A DNA stretch of 64,000 nucleotides from Candidatus Omnitrophota bacterium (GTDB lineage: Bacteria; Acidobacteriota; Aminicenantia; UBA2199), in the NCBI GenBank assembly GCA_050258455.1, contig JBLMYT010000012.1:65376-129375 (forward strand), given 5' to 3'. Under the pieces are notes generated by a model. The model searched no databases. It saw only the letters and a list, made by a program, of their open reading frames with translations, and was not told where the DNA came from. Made by a program: the position numbers and the translations under genes. Within the stretch, counting starts at the first letter, position 1. Every line of letters begins with the position of its first letter. Positions 8,561 to 17,083 of this stretch are shown piece by piece.

Positions 8561-9094
8561 ATGAAAACTTTACAACAATCGAGTTTTAACGAAGCCGTTG
8601 TCCACATTCAGGATTTTCTGGATGCCTTTCCCGAAAATGACTTGTCCGGTGAATTAATGGAAAAGAAAGCGAACGCCATGAAGGCCATGAAACACATTGA
8701 ACGCATCCTGGGCCGGTCCTTTGATCAATTTGTTCACCCGGATTTGCAAGATCCGACCAATGCGAGTGTTCCCACCAACGTCAAACCGCTGGACCGGGCC
8801 TCCGGGGAGTGCTGCAATCGGATCTATGGTTCCGGGGTTAATAGAAGTGTTTCCACCAGCAACGTCAAACCGCTGGACCGGGCTTCCGGTGAATGCTGCA
8901 ATCGGATCTATGGTTCCGGGGTTAATGGAAGTGTTTCCACCAGCAACGTCAAGCCGCTGGACCGGGCTTCCGGTGAATGCTGTGATCGGATCTATGGTTC
9001 CGGGGTTAATGGAAGTGTTTCCACCAGCAACGTCAAGCCGCTGGACCGGGCTTCCGGTGAATGCTGTGACCGGATCTATGGCTCCGGGGTATAA
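8561..9094 (+). CDS. candidate multi-core RiPP precursor peptide: a roughly 75-aa leader plus about 4 tandem 28-aa core repeats (NVKPLDRASGECC[N/D]RIYGSGVNGSVSTS)
   Basis: GGAGG lies 5 nt upstream of the ATG at 8561; the ORF-track start at 8531 is less likely. It starts 27 nt after the radical SAM stop on the same strand. It contains 84-nt near-identical tandem repeats, each with an invariant CC and YGSG. Confidence 0.6.
   Translation: MKTLQQSSFNEAVVHIQDFLDAFPENDLSGELMEKKANAMKAMKHIERILGRSFDQFVHPDLQDPTNASVPTNVKPLDRASGECCNRIYGSGVNRSVSTSNVKPLDRASGECCNRIYGSGVNGSVSTSNVKPLDRASGECCDRIYGSGVNGSVSTSNVKPLDRASGECCDRIYGSGV
8777..9094 (+). repeat. 84-nt tandem direct repeat, 3 full copies plus one truncated copy, inside the precursor ORF
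   Basis: Copies start at 8777, 8861, 8945 and 9029. Copies 2-4 differ by only 1-3 nt. Opposite-strand and alternate-frame ORFs across this region are repeat artefacts. Confidence 0.9.
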
Positions 9095-9130
9095 GGGCAT
9101 CGTTTATTCAAACCGTTTAATGAAAATGTA

Positions 9131-12100
9131 ATGAAATGTAAGTCTCCCAACCGTCGTCTGTTGTATGGGACGGCTCTTATTTTTTTCCTTGTCTGTAGCA
9201 CCACGGGTTTGTTGGGGTTAGCGCCATGGAAAGCCGTTTCCCAGTACTCCTTAACCTTATGGGGGAAGCGGGAAGGGCTTCCCCAACAAACGGTATATGG
9301 GATCGCCCAAACGCCCAACGGTTACCTGTGGATCGCCACCATGGAAGGCCTGGTCCGGTTCGATGGGATCCGGTTTGTGACTTACAACAAGGGCAATACC
9401 CGCGAATTGAAATCCAATATTATCCTTTCGCTATTTGTCGATCGAGCGGGAACGCTCTGGATCGGAACCGCTTCCGGCGGACTGACCGTTTATAAAAATG
9501 GAAAATTCACGAATTACTCCTCGAAGCGGTTCGATTTTTTAAATGAGATCAAAGCCATCAATGCCGATCGGCGCAACAACCTATGGTTGGGGACCTCCCG
9601 GGGGCTCGTGTGTTTGACGAACGGCACCTTTAAGTTATACACGGAAAAAAACGGTTTTCCGGTCAAACGGATTCGAGCCCTATACCAGGCCCGCAGTGGG
9701 GATCTGTGGGCCGCCACATCAGCGGGGATCATCCAAATCATCGCGCCCGGAAAGTTTTCATCGATTTCAGCCACCCCACCCATTCTCGACGCACCGGCCA
9801 TCACCTTATGCGAAAAAGCCGATGCAATCTGGATCGGTACCGAAGGCGGATTGCTCCGGATGGACCGGTCCAACAAACCTATCCTCTGGAATAATGAGGA
9901 TTTTCTGCGATATCCCATCACTGCCCTGCTATGCGACAGCGATAATAATTTATGGATTGGAACCGATGGCAAAGGGCTCATCCGAGAACGCAACCATCGG
10001 TTTGAAACCCTCCCCCTCGATCCGGGAGCAACGACTTATAACTATGTGTTCACGATCATGGAAGATCAAGAGAAAAGCCTCTGGCTGGGAACGCTGGATG
10101 GCGGCCTGTGCCAGCTTAAGGATACGAAGGTAACCACTTATACCAGCGGAGAAGGCCTGTTGAACGATAGCGTCAATTGCATTTACGAAGATAGCCAGGC
10201 CCGAATCTGGGTTGGAACCGGCCGGGGGATCGACTGTTTTAAGAATTCGCAATATGACCCTACATTTAAAGTGAAAGATGAGTTGATCAACCAGAAAGTT
10301 TACGGGATATGCGTGGATAAATCGGATAATATGTGGGTGGCTACTATATCCGGCCTCTTTTTCTCATCCCGTGAAAAAAATGTCATGTACCGGGCCTTAA
10401 ACGGTTTATCCTTCAAGTCATCGAATTGCGTGCTTCAGGCCAGCGACGGCACGCTCTGGGTCGGAACCAATTCGGGACTGGTTTACATGAATAAAGGGAA
10501 GGTCGGCCGGTTTACAAAGAAAGACGGACTGTTAAGTAACTATATTTTTCGCCTTCTTGAAGATAAAGAAAAGAGTTTATGGATATGTACCCACCACGGA
10601 TTAAATCGGATCAAAAACGGAAAGATCGCCACTTTTGCCTTTAATGAGGCCAACGATGCTTTGGCGACAGGGGGAATCGAAGACAGAGACGGTTCACTCT
10701 GGTTTGGGTCGTTGAATGGTCTTGTCCGGATAAAAAATGACCGCATGTATACCTTTACCACCGATCATGGGTTAATCGATAATTATGTCTATGGCGTGCT
10801 CGAGGATGATTTCGGGAAACTTTGGCTTTCCGGAAGAAATGGTATTTCGAGCGTTTCGAAGAAAGAACTAAACGAGATTTCTGAAAAGAAAAGAGAAAAG
10901 CTGGGTTCGGTGATGCTGTACAAGGAAGACGATGGTATGCGATCCCGGTGGTGCACGCCCGGTGGCGCCTGCAAGACCCGGGATGGGAAACTTTGGTTTG
11001 CCACCAGTATGGGCGCCGTGTTGATCGACCCCCACCGGATGACCGCCAACCGACCCCCGCCGCCGGTGATTATCGAAGAATTTTTGGTCGATGGCGAACC
11101 GATCGATACCTTTGGGAAACAACCCATTCAACTCCCATCCGGAAAAAAACGGTTTGAATTTTATTACACCTCCCCCAGCTTTGTCTCGCCCCAGAATCTG
11201 AGGTTTAAAGTCAAACTGGATGATTTCGATTCGGATTGGATCGAACGCAACCATGAACGCAGTTTTACCTATACGCAATTGACCCCGGGATATTATACCT
11301 TCAATGTCATGATCGCTTCGGAAGACCCGACGCAAGGCGTGACCAAAGCATCGATATCCTTCTATTTAAAGCCCTTTTTTTACCAGACCGTCTGGTTTTA
11401 TATCCTCATCAGCCTGACGGCATTATTTATCATTCTTTCCCTTCATCGCATCCGGATCCAACACCTCAAAACCAGTGAAAAAAAATTAACCAACCTGGTC
11501 CAATTGCGGACCCAGGAACTCAACCGCAAAACCCTGGAGCTGGAAGAGGCCAATACCGATCTTCAACAATCCGCCCGGATTATCGAAGCCAAAAATCGCA
11601 ATATTCTGTCCAGCTTTGCCTATGCCGGGCGTATCCAACATTCGGTTCTTCCCGGCGATGAACGCATCAAAATGATCATGGACGATTACTTTATCTTATT
11701 CAAACCCAAAGATATCGTGTCCGGGGATTTCTACTGGTTTCATCGCAGCGAAGATAAGTACTTCATGGCCGTGGTGGATTGCACGGGACACGGCGTGCCT
11801 GGCGCGATTTTATCCATTATCGGCAGCATGACCCTGAACGATATCATCGATTCACGAATTATTTCCGATCCCGCTCAATTTCTTTACCATATGCATAAGG
11901 GCGTTCAGAACGTGTTAAAACAGGAATACACCGAACACATCTCCAACGACGGGATGGAAGCCGGTATGTGCATGATTGATTTTAGTAAAAAATTGATCAT
12001 GTTTGCCGGTGCCCGACGCCCCCTTTATTATATTAAAGATTCCCAATTTTTTGAAATTAAAGGCGATCAAAAATCCATTGGCGGCCACCAGAAACGAAGC

Positions 12101-12382
12101 GAGACCGAACGCCGATTTACCAACCACACGATTCCATTTGATTCGGAGATCATTTTTTATATGGTGACCGATGGATTTGCCGATCAAAACAATGCCGAAA
12201 ATAAAAAATACGGCTCCCTTCGCCTGAAAGAGTTTCTTCAGAATCATGCCCATCTCGAGATGGCGCGCCAAAAAGAAGCCCTTATCGAGGAACTAACCCA
12301 ATATCAAGGCTCGGAAGAACAACGCGACGACATTACGGTTACCGGATTCAAACCGATCTATATTAACCTCAACAACTTTTAG
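9131..12382 (+). CDS. membrane sensor: periplasmic two-component-regulator beta-propeller repeats + Y_Y_Y domain + TM + coiled coil + PP2C/SpoIIE-type Ser/Thr phosphatase
   Basis: An N-terminal signal/TM is followed by more than 10 repeats of the LW(I/V)GT..GL type. The Y_Y_Y-like block reads FEFYYTSPSF...YTFNV. The TM helix is VWFYILISLTALFIILSL. The C-terminal SpoIIE motifs are SGDFYWF, VVDCTGHG and MVTDGFADQ. Confidence 0.8.
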   Translation: MKCKSPNRRLLYGTALIFFLVCSTTGLLGLAPWKAVSQYSLTLWGKREGLPQQTVYGIAQTPNGYLWIATMEGLVRFDGIRFVTYNKGNTRELKSNIILSLFVDRAGTLWIGTASGGLTVYKNGKFTNYSSKRFDFLNEIKAINADRRNNLWLGTSRGLVCLTNGTFKLYTEKNGFPVKRIRALYQARSGDLWAATSAGIIQIIAPGKFSSISATPPILDAPAITLCEKADAIWIGTEGGLLRMDRSNKPILWNNEDFLRYPITALLCDSDNNLWIGTDGKGLIRERNHRFETLPLDPGATTYNYVFTIMEDQEKSLWLGTLDGGLCQLKDTKVTTYTSGEGLLNDSVNCIYEDSQARIWVGTGRGIDCFKNSQYDPTFKVKDELINQKVYGICVDKSDNMWVATISGLFFSSREKNVMYRALNGLSFKSSNCVLQASDGTLWVGTNSGLVYMNKGKVGRFTKKDGLLSNYIFRLLEDKEKSLWICTHHGLNRIKNGKIATFAFNEANDALATGGIEDRDGSLWFGSLNGLVRIKNDRMYTFTTDHGLIDNYVYGVLEDDFGKLWLSGRNGISSVSKKELNEISEKKREKLGSVMLYKEDDGMRSRWCTPGGACKTRDGKLWFATSMGAVLIDPHRMTANRPPPPVIIEEFLVDGEPIDTFGKQPIQLPSGKKRFEFYYTSPSFVSPQNLRFKVKLDDFDSDWIERNHERSFTYTQLTPGYYTFNVMIASEDPTQGVTKASISFYLKPFFYQTVWFYILISLTALFIILSLHRIRIQHLKTSEKKLTNLVQLRTQELNRKTLELEEANTDLQQSARIIEAKNRNILSSFAYAGRIQHSVLPGDERIKMIMDDYFILFKPKDIVSGDFYWFHRSEDKYFMAVVDCTGHGVPGAILSIIGSMTLNDIIDSRIISDPAQFLYHMHKGVQNVLKQEYTEHISNDGMEAGMCMIDFSKKLIMFAGARRPLYYIKDSQFFEIKGDQKSIGGHQKRSETERRFTNHTIPFDSEIIFYMVTDGFADQNNAENKKYGSLRLKEFLQNHAHLEMARQKEALIEELTQYQGSEEQRDDITVTGFKPIYINLNNF

Positions 12383-12396
12383 CGTTTCATTCGGGC

Positions 12397-15111
12397 TCAC
12401 ACCTTGGGGCTCATCTTCTCGATGCGGCAGGCCGTTTGTTTATAACCGGGAATCCGGGAATAGGGATCGAGTCGGTCGTTGGTGAGACGATTCGCTGCGG
12501 CTTCGGGGAAATGAAAATTCATAAATAATTCGCCTTTGTGCACGTATCGATTCTTCCGAATCGCGACCGTCATCTCGCCCCGGCGCGACACCAATTTAAC
12601 GGCCTCTCCCTCTTCCACGTCGAATGCGGCTGCATCGACCGGATGGATGTCCAGTACCGGTTGGGGATCATAGGCGCTTAACGGTCCGGATTTGAGGGAC
12701 ATGGTCCCGGTCAGGTATTGGTACAGGGAACGCCCGGTATTCAGCATCAAGGGGAACGCTCCGTCGACGTCCTCGCGCAGTTGTTCATGACCGACGGGAA
12801 CCAGCTTGGCCAGACCAATGGGGAAATCGTCCCTGTACAGGAGGGGCGTCCCCGGGTGATCGCAGGCAGGGCATGGCCATTGAATCTCCTCGTGTTCGAG
12901 CCGTTGGTAATTCACACCGGCATAACTGGGCGTGAGTGAGGCAATTTCGTCCATGATTTCAGCCGTTGACTCATAGGTCATGGGATAACCGAGACGGGTG
13001 GAGATGGCGGCAATGTACCGCCAGTCTTCCAGGCATTGCCCGGGCGGGTCTACGGCTTTTCGGACCCGCAAAATTCGGCGATCGGAATTACACACGGTTC
13101 CGTCTTTTTCTGCAAAACAGGCGGCCGGTAGTACCACATGGGCCAGGGCAGCAGTTTCGGTTAAAAAGATATCCTGAACCACCAGAAACTCCAGTTTTTT
13201 CAACGCCGCTTCGGTGTGATTGAGATTGGGATCGCTGACCATCGGGTTTTCCCCCATGATATAAACCGCTTTAACGGCTCCTTCGGCAGCCGCATGCATC
13301 AGTTCAATGGCGCTGAGTCCCGGGTTGGGATCGAGCTGGTTGGGCGGTACCTTCCAGGCATCCGCGAATTTTTTGCGAATGGTGTCATGGGAAACCGACT
13401 GATAACCGGGATAAAAGTCGCACATCGCCCCCATATCCGATGCGCCCTGAACATTATTCTGCCCCCGGAGCGGATTGATTCCCGTACCGATGCGGCCGAA
13501 GTTTCCTGTAATGAGAGCCATATCGATCAGTGCCAGACAATTGCGGGTTCCGTGCGTGCTCTGACTCATTCCCATACCGGTGATCACCGAGGCCCGTTCC
13601 GCTTTGCCGTAGAGGTGCGCGGCAGCCACGAGATCCGCGGCCGGTATCCCTGAAATCGCCTCGACGCGTGCCGGCGAGTAAGCCCGGGTAACCTCCTTTA
13701 ACCGGTGGAAAGCAGCGGTGCCGCCCTGGATTCGGTTTTGGATAAACGCATGGTCAACCATTTTGTCTGCGATGAGCACATGGATGAGGCCGTTGATGAC
13801 GGCAATATCGGAGCCGGGCCGTTGTCGGAGCCAGAGGGCGGCATGTTTGACCAGGTCCGTGTACCGGGGATCGATCACAATGATTTTGGCGCCGTTTCTT
13901 GCGGCACGCTTGACGTACGTGGCAGTGACCGGATGCGTTTCAATCACATTGGACCCGATGGCCAGGATGCAATCCGCGACCTCGAATTCCGGCAGCGCGT
14001 TTCCGGCAGCCCCGGTTCCCAATGTTTGACGCATGGCCGTCACGGTAGACGCATGGCATAATCGCGCGCAGTGTTCGACATTATTGGTGCCGATAACCGC
14101 CCGAAAGAATTTCTGGAACAGATAATTTTCCTCATTGAGACATTTGGCCGATGAATACCCCGCCAACGCCCGGCTCCCGTAGGCGGATTTGATCCGCGCC
14201 AATTGCTCGGCGATCGTATCCAATGCCGCCTCGCGGGTGGTTTCGACCAATTGTCCATTCTTTCGAACCAGAGGCCGAGTCAACCGCTCCGGGCTGTGAA
14301 TGAACTCAAAACCGAAACGGCCCTTGACACACAAACGCCCCTGATTGGGCAGGGATTCGTTTCCGGTGATGCGAACAACCGTTTCATCCTGGACCCATAA
14401 ATCCATTTGGCAACCGACGCCACAATACGGGCAACTGGTTTTGACCTTGCGTTGAATCCGATCGATATCGACCGTCTCGGTCTGAGGCTTTTCGACAAGG
14501 GCGCCGGTCGGGCACAACTGGATGCATTCGCCGCACCCATCGCATTCGGACTCCCGCCAATGGTCGAACCCGGCAGAGATGTAAGACCGAATGCCCCGGG
14601 CCGAAAAAGAAAGGACATTTTTTTGCTGGATCTCGTCGCATGCCTTCACGCATCGGAAACATTTGATGCATTTGGTGCCATCGTAAGCCAGCACGGGTGA
14701 GGTCTCATCGATCGGGTAGGCGAGGGAACCCAGGAGCGACGGAAAGGTGCGTTTGCTTTTGTCCTCCAGGTGGTATCGCCGAATCAGTGTTTTGAATTCA
14801 TCCTCATAGCTGCCGTCGTCCGCCTCATTGTGCTCGGACAGGAGCAGATCCAGGACATTTCGGCGGAGGGATTCCAGCTCGGCGTCAAATGCCGTGACCA
14901 CCATTCCCGGTACGATCGATACGCCGCAAGCAGCCGGAAAACCGGGAACGCCGGCGATCTTGACCAGGCATAACCGACACGCACCGGTCGGGCTGATCCG
15001 GTGATGAAAACAAAGACCGGGAATATCGAACCCATTGTCCCGGGCCGTTCGGAGAAGATTGGCCCCCTCGGGCGCATAAACGGTTTTCCCATCGATGAGA
15101 AGAGAAACCAT
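12397..15111 (-). CDS. fdsA: NAD-dependent formate dehydrogenase alpha subunit (FdsA-type: 2Fe-2S + 4Fe-4S + Mo-bisPGD), cysteine variant
   Basis: It begins MVSLLIDGKTV, a NuoG-like 2Fe-2S N-terminus. The 4Fe-4S motifs are CIKCFRC and CDGCGEC. The molybdopterin domain carries ARLCHASTV, aligning with FdhF RVUHGPSV with Cys in place of Sec. The start was chosen at the internal ATG; the ORF-track start at 15378 looks over-extended. Confidence 0.8.
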   Translation of the reverse strand: MVSLLIDGKTVYAPEGANLLRTARDNGFDIPGLCFHHRISPTGACRLCLVKIAGVPGFPAACGVSIVPGMVVTAFDAELESLRRNVLDLLLSEHNEADDGSYEDEFKTLIRRYHLEDKSKRTFPSLLGSLAYPIDETSPVLAYDGTKCIKCFRCVKACDEIQQKNVLSFSARGIRSYISAGFDHWRESECDGCGECIQLCPTGALVEKPQTETVDIDRIQRKVKTSCPYCGVGCQMDLWVQDETVVRITGNESLPNQGRLCVKGRFGFEFIHSPERLTRPLVRKNGQLVETTREAALDTIAEQLARIKSAYGSRALAGYSSAKCLNEENYLFQKFFRAVIGTNNVEHCARLCHASTVTAMRQTLGTGAAGNALPEFEVADCILAIGSNVIETHPVTATYVKRAARNGAKIIVIDPRYTDLVKHAALWLRQRPGSDIAVINGLIHVLIADKMVDHAFIQNRIQGGTAAFHRLKEVTRAYSPARVEAISGIPAADLVAAAHLYGKAERASVITGMGMSQSTHGTRNCLALIDMALITGNFGRIGTGINPLRGQNNVQGASDMGAMCDFYPGYQSVSHDTIRKKFADAWKVPPNQLDPNPGLSAIELMHAAAEGAVKAVYIMGENPMVSDPNLNHTEAALKKLEFLVVQDIFLTETAALAHVVLPAACFAEKDGTVCNSDRRILRVRKAVDPPGQCLEDWRYIAAISTRLGYPMTYESTAEIMDEIASLTPSYAGVNYQRLEHEEIQWPCPACDHPGTPLLYRDDFPIGLAKLVPVGHEQLREDVDGAFPLMLNTGRSLYQYLTGTMSLKSGPLSAYDPQPVLDIHPVDAAAFDVEEGEAVKLVSRRGEMTVAIRKNRYVHKGELFMNFHFPEAAANRLTNDRLDPYSRIPGYKQTACRIEKMSPKV

Positions 15112-15170
15112 GGCCCGCGGCGCGCGCGCTCCCTGCCCATCCGGTGAATTTAAGCGATTGTACCTGATTT

Positions 15171-16469
15171 TCATTGGCTCTCTCCTTTTAGGGGGTGGAG
15201 TAATTCGGACTCGAAGTAACGGGCAGCCGTCCGAATGGGCAGGAGCGGGGATTGGCCCAACGGGCAGAGCGATGTTTGGGTCATGAGTTCCGCCAGATCG
15301 ATGATCGGTTCCAGGCGGGTGGGACCGGATCGGAGCCGTTCCAGCAACTGGATACACCCCACCCGGCAGGGCACGCATTTGCCGCAGGATTCGTGGGCAA
15401 AGAACCGGATGAGTTCTTGCAGGAAATCGCTCAGGGACCGGTCTTGGGCCAGAACGATGATGGCCCCGGAACCCAGGAGAAACCCGTTGGCGCTCAGGCT
15501 CTCGAAATCCATGGGGATGTCGATGGCGTCCGGCGGAATGAACGTGCCGGCTGCGCCGCCGACCAGGACGGTTTTCAGGGCTTTCCCATCCCGGATTCCC
15601 CCGGCCAGATCGAGTAACCGGTTCAAGGGAATACCCATTTCGGTTTCATAACATCCGGGTATTTGGACATCGCCGCAAATTGCGAATATTTTGGTGCCGG
15701 GGGATCGAGGCGTTCCCATGGCGCGGTACCATTCCGCGCCATTTCGGATGATTTCAGGGACATGAGCCAGCGTCTCCACGTTGTTGACCAGTGTCGGCGC
15801 ATTAAAGATGCCGCGTTGTGCCGGGTATGGCGGCTTGATGCGGGGATACGCCCGCTTGCCTTCGATGGATTCGATGAGGGCCGATTCCTCGCCCGCCAGA
15901 TACGAACCCCCTCCGATACGAATCCGGATATCCAGGGAGAACGGGGTACTCAGAATCTTTTTTCCGAGCAGTCCCCGGGCGCGGGCACTGGCCAGCGCGG
16001 CCCGGATGGCCCGAATGGATGCCCCATATTCCGCGCGAATGTAAATATACGCGGTTGAAGCGCCCAGGGCATAAGCGGCAATCATCATCCCCTCAAGAAC
16101 CGCATGCGGATCGCGTTCCATGATCTCCCGGTCTTTAAAGGTACCGGGTTCCCCTTCGTCGGCGTTGCAACACACGTATTTGGTTTGACCTTCAGCGGCC
16201 CGGGTGAATTGCCACTTTAAACCCGTTGGAAATCCGCCCCCCCCGCGGCCCCGCAGGCCCGACGCCATGATCTCCTCAATAACCGTTTCCGGCAGAACTT
16301 CCAGGGCTTTTTGGAACCCCTGGTATCCGCCGGCAGCAATATAATCGTCGATATCGAACGGATCGATTTGTCCCGCATGGCGTAAACCGATTCGTACTTC
16401 TTGGATTCTATCCGTTTTGTCGGTTTGGTTCATTTCGTTCATTTCGCTCATGATGCCCCTCCACCCCAT
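15171..16469 (-). CDS. fdsB: formate dehydrogenase beta subunit / NADH-binding flavoprotein (NuoF-like, FMN + 4Fe-4S)
   Basis: GGGGFPTGLKW (FMN/NADH site) and ESCGKCVPCRVG (4Fe-4S motif). Its position between the gamma-like and alpha genes fits an FdsGBA operon. Confidence 0.85.
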   Translation of the reverse strand: MGWRGIMSEMNEMNQTDKTDRIQEVRIGLRHAGQIDPFDIDDYIAAGGYQGFQKALEVLPETVIEEIMASGLRGRGGGGFPTGLKWQFTRAAEGQTKYVCCNADEGEPGTFKDREIMERDPHAVLEGMMIAAYALGASTAYIYIRAEYGASIRAIRAALASARARGLLGKKILSTPFSLDIRIRIGGGSYLAGEESALIESIEGKRAYPRIKPPYPAQRGIFNAPTLVNNVETLAHVPEIIRNGAEWYRAMGTPRSPGTKIFAICGDVQIPGCYETEMGIPLNRLLDLAGGIRDGKALKTVLVGGAAGTFIPPDAIDIPMDFESLSANGFLLGSGAIIVLAQDRSLSDFLQELIRFFAHESCGKCVPCRVGCIQLLERLRSGPTRLEPIIDLAELMTQTSLCPLGQSPLLPIRTAARYFESELLHPLKGESQ

Positions 16470-16920
16470 CGATCAGCGTCCGGAGTTTATCCTCCGTTAA
16501 ATTCCCATAAATGTCGTTGTCCAGCATTAGAACCGGGGCTCGGTCGCACTGACCCAGGCATTCGCACGGCTCCAGAGTGAAGCGCCCATCGGGAGTCGAT
16601 TCCCCTTCCCGAATTCCCAGGATTTGTTTTAAGATATCCATCATATCCACTCCCCCCATGAGTCGGCAAACCGGGGAGATGCACAGGCGGATCACATGAC
16701 GCCCTCTCGGTTTTAAGCTGAACATGGAATAATAGCTCACCACGCCATACACGGTGCTGCGCGTGGTGTTTAAATACCGGGCCACAGCATCGAGGGCTTC
16801 GCGTTTCAAATAGTTCTGCGGATGGTTGTTCTGAAGGTCGTGAAGAATCAGCAGCATGTTTTCGCTGACCGGTTCGTATTTTTTTAAAATGGATTCTGTC
16901 GAACGCATTTCCCCGCTCAT
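16408..16920 (-). CDS. fdsG: formate dehydrogenase gamma subunit / NuoE-like 2Fe-2S thioredoxin-fold protein
   Basis: The motifs CISPVCRL...CECLGQCDRAPV. The ATG at 16920 is preceded by GAGGAGG. The ORF-track start at 16935 appears to be a GTG. It overlaps fdsB by 62 nt. Confidence 0.8.
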   Translation of the reverse strand: MSGEMRSTESILKKYEPVSENMLLILHDLQNNHPQNYLKREALDAVARYLNTTRSTVYGVVSYYSMFSLKPRGRHVIRLCISPVCRLMGGVDMMDILKQILGIREGESTPDGRFTLEPCECLGQCDRAPVLMLDNDIYGNLTEDKLRTLIDGVEGHHERNERNEPNRQNG

Positions 16921-17004
16921 CGTTCCCCTCCTCACACAAGCACTCGCCCCTCTCTCACACTGACTGTATCAGATTCAAATCAAAAAAGCAATAATTTTTT
17001 TTGC

Positions 17005-17032
17005 TTGATATTCTAGGAATAAGCAGTATAAT
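17005..17032 (+). promoter_or_regulatory. sigma70-like promoter (TTGATA, 16-nt spacer, TATAAT) for the aminotransferase gene
   Basis: The motifs were read directly. It lies about 50 nt upstream of the ATG at 17084, with ribosome-binding site AGGAGG. The region is divergent from fdsG. Confidence 0.5.
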
Positions 17033-17083
17033 TAAAACCTTAATTATTACTTAATTATTATATGAAATAGGAGGTTATGGATC

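Noticed and set aside
8654-9131. ORF-track entries on the opposite strand or in an alternate frame across the precursor repeats (8654..9100 -, 8697..9131 +)
   Set aside because: These are periodic open frames generated by the 84-nt tandem repeat. The + strand frame with a ribosome-binding site and leader is the plausible gene.
13550-13620. A selenocysteine (TGA recoding) in the formate dehydrogenase alpha subunit
   Set aside because: The active-site position is an ordinary Cys codon within a continuous ORF. There is no in-frame TGA and no SECIS-like hairpin.
12397-15378. ORF-track 5' extensions of fdsA (to 15378), fdsG (to 16935), rocD (from 18595), the precursor (from 8531), the OMP (to 42106) and the 63406..63858 ORF
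   Set aside because: In each case the extension precedes a conserved protein N-terminus, overlaps a promoter or uses a non-ATG codon. An internal ATG with a Shine-Dalgarno sequence is preferred.
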